A DNA stretch of 64,000 nt, from NCBI GenBank assembly GCA_964019335.1, contig OZ025676.1, positions 434,001-498,000 on the forward strand, written 5' to 3'. This DNA comes from Diplonema japonicum. Its lineage: Eukaryota > Protista > Euglenozoa: Diplonemea. This document shows positions 59,184-64,000 of the stretch, one piece after another. How positions within the stretch are numbered: the stretch's first letter is position 1; the number at the start of each line of letters is the position of its first letter. A program made the translations under genes and the position numbers. The notes under the pieces were generated by a model that was given only the letters and a program-made list of their open reading frames with translations, was not told where the DNA came from and ran no database searches.

Positions 59184-60470
59184 CTAAGGTCCTTCGCACT
59201 GTGCTTCATACACAACAAGCGAATCGTCGTAGAACTCATCGGAGTGAAAGTAAAGCGAGGGGGATGCGATTCTAAAGCGCGTCTTCTGGTTTGCGGGGTC
59301 TCGTCCTCGCCTTCCCCTTCGCTCCAAGGCGACGACAGCCCGTAACGCCTCAAAGGGCAACGGGGGTATGAAGCACCCACTACCGTCGGCTGCGTACACC
59401 ACCCCGTAGCACCGCACACCACGCAGCACCTCACCCAGCCTCGGCTCACGAAAAGGTACTTGCTTCCTATTCAACAACGACAGGGACCGCTTGAGACGTG
59501 AAGACGACAGAAGAACACACAACGCATAATCAGCAAGACACCTCCCACGTCCTTCAAGCAGCATGGCACCTGACTCTATAGTCTCGTAAACCCCGATTAT
59601 CGTGGAGAAAAGGGAAACCCTCCAGACCCTTGGCCTGATTAAGGAAATGACAAATGGGTGTGGTGCAGCCTTTGCGGTGCATTGCTTCACCACTAGCTTG
59701 ATAGCCTTGCTGGGTAGAACAGTAAATTCGAAGCAGGCGTGTTCGCAAGGCGAGAAACCAAGTTTTTTCCAAAACGGCAGCGTGGATTTCGAAGCTTCTA
59801 CATATACGTTGAAACCGCGCTGCTTTGCCTCGTGCAGCACCACTGTTACCATGAGCGACCCCAGGCCCTTGCTTCGGTAGGTTCCGGACAGGGTGATGTA
59901 CGGGATTTCGACAATTTTCAGCTCCTCGTGAAGTAACGCTATGAGGACACCTGCCGTGTTGTTGTTGTTGTTTGGTTCTTCCAAGAGGGAAACCCTGCAG
60001 CTGTCCTTTTTAGTGAGGTTTCGAAGGTTTGTTTTCGCGTTTTTCCACTCGAACAAGCTTGCGATCTCCGAGAGTTTTTCCTTGCTCAAATCGTTCAGAT
60101 TCGTGCGTCCATATGGTAGAAAGAGCAGTCCAAAATCCTTTAGCAGGACGTGTTGCGTGTAAGTTGGTGGTACCACTGTAGGGTCTTCACCTTGTATTTG
60201 AACAACGCATGTTTTTTCACTGTGGATTGCAACAGCCCGTTCCCTTGCTGCTTCCGCGGCTGGGCCTGCTGCTAGGATCTTGATGGTGTCGGGTTTGTCA
60301 TGGATTTTTGAGGCCGCGTAGCCGCCCAGCCACCCTGATGCGTCTCGGGTACCTTCTATGGTGTGGTTGCCCTTGCGGACCCCGAGCATCATACATAGCC
60401 CTTCCCAGGATGCATTCCACTGTGGCCTTTTTTCGTTGGCTTCTTCCGTTAACCATTCGAGGGAGGACAT
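59184..60470 (-). CDS. GNAT acetyltransferase-domain protein
   Basis: Motif A YRSKGLGSLMV and FWKKLGF; start MSSLEW. Confidence 0.7.
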   Translation of the reverse strand: MSSLEWLTEEANEKRPQWNASWEGLCMMLGVRKGNHTIEGTRDASGWLGGYAASKIHDKPDTIKILAAGPAAEAARERAVAIHSEKTCVVQIQGEDPTVVPPTYTQHVLLKDFGLLFLPYGRTNLNDLSKEKLSEIASLFEWKNAKTNLRNLTKKDSCRVSLLEEPNNNNNTAGVLIALLHEELKIVEIPYITLSGTYRSKGLGSLMVTVVLHEAKQRGFNVYVEASKSTLPFWKKLGFSPCEHACFEFTVLPSKAIKLVVKQCTAKAAPHPFVISLIRPRVWRVSLFSTIIGVYETIESGAMLLEGRGRCLADYALCVLLSSSRLKRSLSLLNRKQVPFREPRLGEVLRGVRCYGVVYAADGSGCFIPPLPFEALRAVVALERRGRRGRDPANQKTRFRIASPSLYFHSDEFYDDSLVVYEAQCEGP

Positions 60471-60490
60471 TCCCCTTTCTTTCTTTTTTT

Positions 60491-60521
<31 letters not shown>

Positions 60522-60750
60522 CCCGGTGGAAAAAAGAAAGAAGGAACAGAAGAACAAAAAAAAAAAAAAAAAAAAAAAAAAAACTGCAACTGAATAAAAA
60601 AAATGGAAAAAAAAATGAGGAAGGGGGGATATCTCTTTTTTTTTTTTTTCTACAAACGGACCCCCATATATATATATATATTACATCGCTATGACGTGCT
60701 TTCATCCTCCTTTTCATTTTTTTTTGTCTTCTCGTTCCCGTAAGAATAAA

Positions 60751-60785
<35 letters not shown>

Positions 60786-60918
60786 CGGCTGATGGAGAGG
60801 AAGCAGATGGTGGTGTATCTCTCGCAGGTTTTCTTTTTTTTTTTTCACCCTCAAAAAAAAAAAAAGATCTTAGCACAAGAGCGGAAGCTCTTCTCTTTTT
60901 TTTTTTTTATCCACTATA

Positions 60919-62141
60919 TCACTGCTCTTCAGATTCCACAGGCTCGGAGTCTATCTGAACAGGCCCCTTGACCCGGAGATGGTAATTCCAATCACCGTAA
61001 CTTACAACAGGCAATTGCAATTCTATATTTTTATTTCCCCCCCCCCCCAGTTCCCATCATACCTCTGATCAAACTCAATTTATACTTGAAAAGCAAAAAT
61101 TTATCCGTGAGACTAGACTGGTCATTAGCTTCATCAAGAAGTTGAGACGTGGTGTATGCGGCGAAAAGCTGTATTTTTTTTTTAATTTTTTTTTTCCATC
61201 TCAACACACACCACATTCAACAATTTCAAAAACCCGATTATCAAAGAAGCATACAGCTCAGCACGGTTGTCACAGGCGTCGTCACCAGCATAAGACGCAA
61301 GAGAAGGAGTGCACTTTGAATTGTTGTCGTTGATGAAATTGAGTTCGATGAACACGAACGTGGTGAGGAGCGCCATAAGCCACACCTGAGCAGAGTAAAA
61401 AAGGTATAAAGTATACTCATTTGGTGCCTCGGGAAGCGCTCCGAAGAACCCTAAACAAGACGACAAAATCCCAACCACAGAAGCTGAGTAAGTAGCAATG
61501 ACAACGGTAGTGCGTCCACCATCTAGTTGTTGCGAGCCAACCCCGAAGAGGCTGATAGACACAACGAACTCGATCACAGACGCCAACAGAATATTGAAGC
61601 GAAGCCTGTTGATCTCCTCCGTCTTTATGAACAGTAATAGTTTCCAGTATTTTCGTGTTGCGAATTCCAACCGATCGTATGTTTCTCCAAGTTCGTGTTC
61701 CATGTCCTCCTTGTCGGTGGTGTCGTTTTTTGGGATGACGCCTAGTTCTAAGTCTTTTTTCCTTCTTTGTAATTTTGATATCTCTTCCATTCTGTCTTCG
61801 GTGTCCCTGTGCTTGATCAGAGGGGAATCATCTACTACATTTTCTCCGAAAACCATGTCGCCGCATTGTACGAGCCGTCCCAACGGTGGGCCGGACAGTA
61901 TTTTTTCCTCCTTGTCGCCGAATTTTTCGTAGAGTTCGTTGCATTTGTCCATGTACATATGGTGAAGCTCCTCGTTACCCCTATGGGAGAACCTTTTTAG
62001 AAAGGGGCTCTCGACCGCGAGTTCTGTTTGCGTCACCTCTGCGAAATCATGGAGCAAACCACGTCTGTTGACCTCACTCATGAGAGAGTCACCATTTATC
62101 ACGCTCGACCAGGAGTCCGTGGCAAGGGCCGTGGAATGCAT
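60919..62141 (-). CDS. Hypothetical multi-pass membrane protein, 3 exons
   Basis: Main ORF has hydrophobic helices; two short GT-AG introns extend it to …SEPVESEEQ* at 60919. Confidence 0.65.
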
Positions 62142-62540
62142 TTTTTTTTCTTTTTTCCCGCACCCCCCTACGGTATTTTTTTTTTTTGAAAAGAAAACAC
62201 GCTTTATAAAAAAAAAAAAACAAAACAAAAAAAAAAGAACTAGGCCATCTGGAAGGAGACATGAAGAAAGGGGAAGGGGAAGAGGGTTCAGAAAAAGAGG
62301 AAAAAAAAAAAAAAAAAAAAGAAGACGCAGAAGAAAGTAGCCGATGATTTCATAATCAAGCCCCATACTGCGAAAACATTTTTTCCCTCCCCCCTCTTTC
62401 TTTTCGTTTTTGTTTTCCCGATGTCGACCTCTCTCCCCAAAAAAAAATCCCACTTTCTTTTTGTCACCTCGTAAGATACTCTACTCAAAATTATAGCAAC
62501 TCAACTTTTTTTTTTTTTGTGTAAGGGGGGAATTTTTCTT

Positions 62541-62615
62541 TCAAACAGAAAAGGTCTCTTTTGGGAGCTTGCAGTACCCGGCACACATTACGCTTTGACG
62601 TGACGACGAACGGCT

Positions 62616-62659
<44 letters not shown>

Positions 62660-63339
62660 TTGCCCGGTCATACTGGAGAGTACTATTGACGTTGACGAAG
62701 AGATCTTTGGCTTTTTTCTCCCCGTTTCGGTCATTCTCATCAAAGCAAACTGTGGGCTTCTCGTCGCACTCAACCTTGGACGCATCAGTCGTCATTTCGA
62801 ACGTCCCGGCATACTTCGTGTTGAACACGTGATGTATCTCAGAGAAAAGCATCCGATCCATGTTGTTGTCCCTAGCAATGACATCAGACGCCCTGAGCGA
62901 GTACTCTATCTTAGAGGCATCCTCATAAGGGGTACAAGGAATGTATGAGCCTTCTGTTAGGTTAACCTTCGTTAATCTGAGGGGATTTTTTTTTTTTTTT
63001 TTTTTTTCCCCTGCCATACAGTCCCAGCATCGACTTCTTCTCATTCTCTTCATCAATCATCAGAACATCAATATCCTTCACAGCCCGTACTGCCGCGTCA
63101 TAATGTGTTTGTGTTGCAACCTCTGTGGGCGGGAGATTCGTCAATGCCTTGACCATAGGATTGTTTGTCGCCTCACAGTGCTTCCTTGCAACATCTGGCA
63201 GCCTTGCGTAGTCCTCAAGAGAGAACGCCGCACCCTTCATCTTATCCTTCATTCTCATCTCACACTTGAAGTCCGACTCAGGCGTGTTCGTCTTTCCAAC
63301 TGATTTGTAGAACGACCTCACAAACCGTGCTACGGGCTG

Positions 63340-63370
<31 letters not shown>

Positions 63371-64000
63371 CGGTGTTTTCATACTCTAGTAGCTACCAAC
63401 ACCGTCACCACGGTGGCCCTTGGGGACACGTCTTTGTAATCTTTGGTTCCCAACCCCGCCCTGATCCCGCCTACTTCTGACAGCGACTTTATAGGTATGT
63501 ACCTGATGTTGTTCAGCTGCGCCGCATCGCGATGCACAAAGGAGCCGTGCTTGGTCCCAAAGGTGCACTCCACTGACGACATCCCAGTGGACGGGATTGT
63601 CAGTACTCTGTTGTGTGTTGTGTTGTGTTGTGTTGTGGTGCATACGCGAGGACGAATTTTTTCGTTACATCTTCCACCGGCACCATCGGCGGCTTGGGTA
63701 CAGGTGGTGGGATGGTCGGAACAGGAGGAGGTGTTGTCGGGCTTTCGTTGTTCTTTTCCATCGCCTCTTTGTCGAAATTGTATGCCAGCATTTCTGCCTT
63801 GCCCAACTCTTCCTTCTTCGCTATGTCGATTGAGTTGTGTCGATTCCCGCCTATCTTGTAAACACTGGGCGGCTCGGGTGTCGGATCCAACCGATCAGGA
63901 GACACAGGGTGACGCGTCCGAGCCTCACTTTGGAGTCTGCCCCAATGCGCGAGCTTAACACCCGCCCGTTCCCCATCCTCTGCAGTCGCGATAGCGATGA
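62541..64000 (-). CDS. Hypothetical multi-exon protein, 5' part beyond window end
   Basis: Four ORF-track pieces are linked by GTATG…CAG introns; the frame stays open to position 64000. Confidence 0.6.

Overview
Eukaryotic nuclear DNA, most plausibly euglenozoan (diplonemid-like; this is an inference). Every host gene lies on the minus strand, introns are short (33-59 nt) and GT-AG, intergenic DNA is homopolymer-rich, and the LINEs resemble ingi/L1Tc. Main contents: (1) Two paralogous cassettes (1-3.4 kb and 52.1-55.5 kb) of variant histone H3, polyubiquitin and C/D snoRNAs; the second continues into a complete quartet of highly divergent H2B-H2A-H3-H4 (49.4-51.9 kb). (2) An ALY/REF (Yra1-like) gene, missed by the ORF track, whose 4.3-kb third intron holds a tRNA-Phe gene plus two different 5'-truncated RNase H-type LINEs. 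Both LINEs end at the same nucleotide of the same 10-11 bp target duplication, whose tRNA-proximal copy lies just upstream of the tRNA. This candidate tRNA-targeting retroelement family is the best finding. (3) A ~2930-aa ARM/coiled-coil protein, a 4752-aa VWA/C-type-lectin surface protein and a GAF-GAF-PAS pseudo-cyclase. (4) A frameshifted plus-strand tyrosine-recombinase element with inverted repeats and a ~150-bp palindrome. (5) A 9-unit array of conserved ~70-bp hairpins with variable linkers. (6) Further genes: LRR protein, VKOR, a HIND-motif protein, enolase-like protein, cathepsin L, Kelch protein, MGRN1-like RING ligase, GNAT protein and hypotheticals. All calls were made by eye, with no database searches; rRNA target numbering is recalled from yeast and needs verification.
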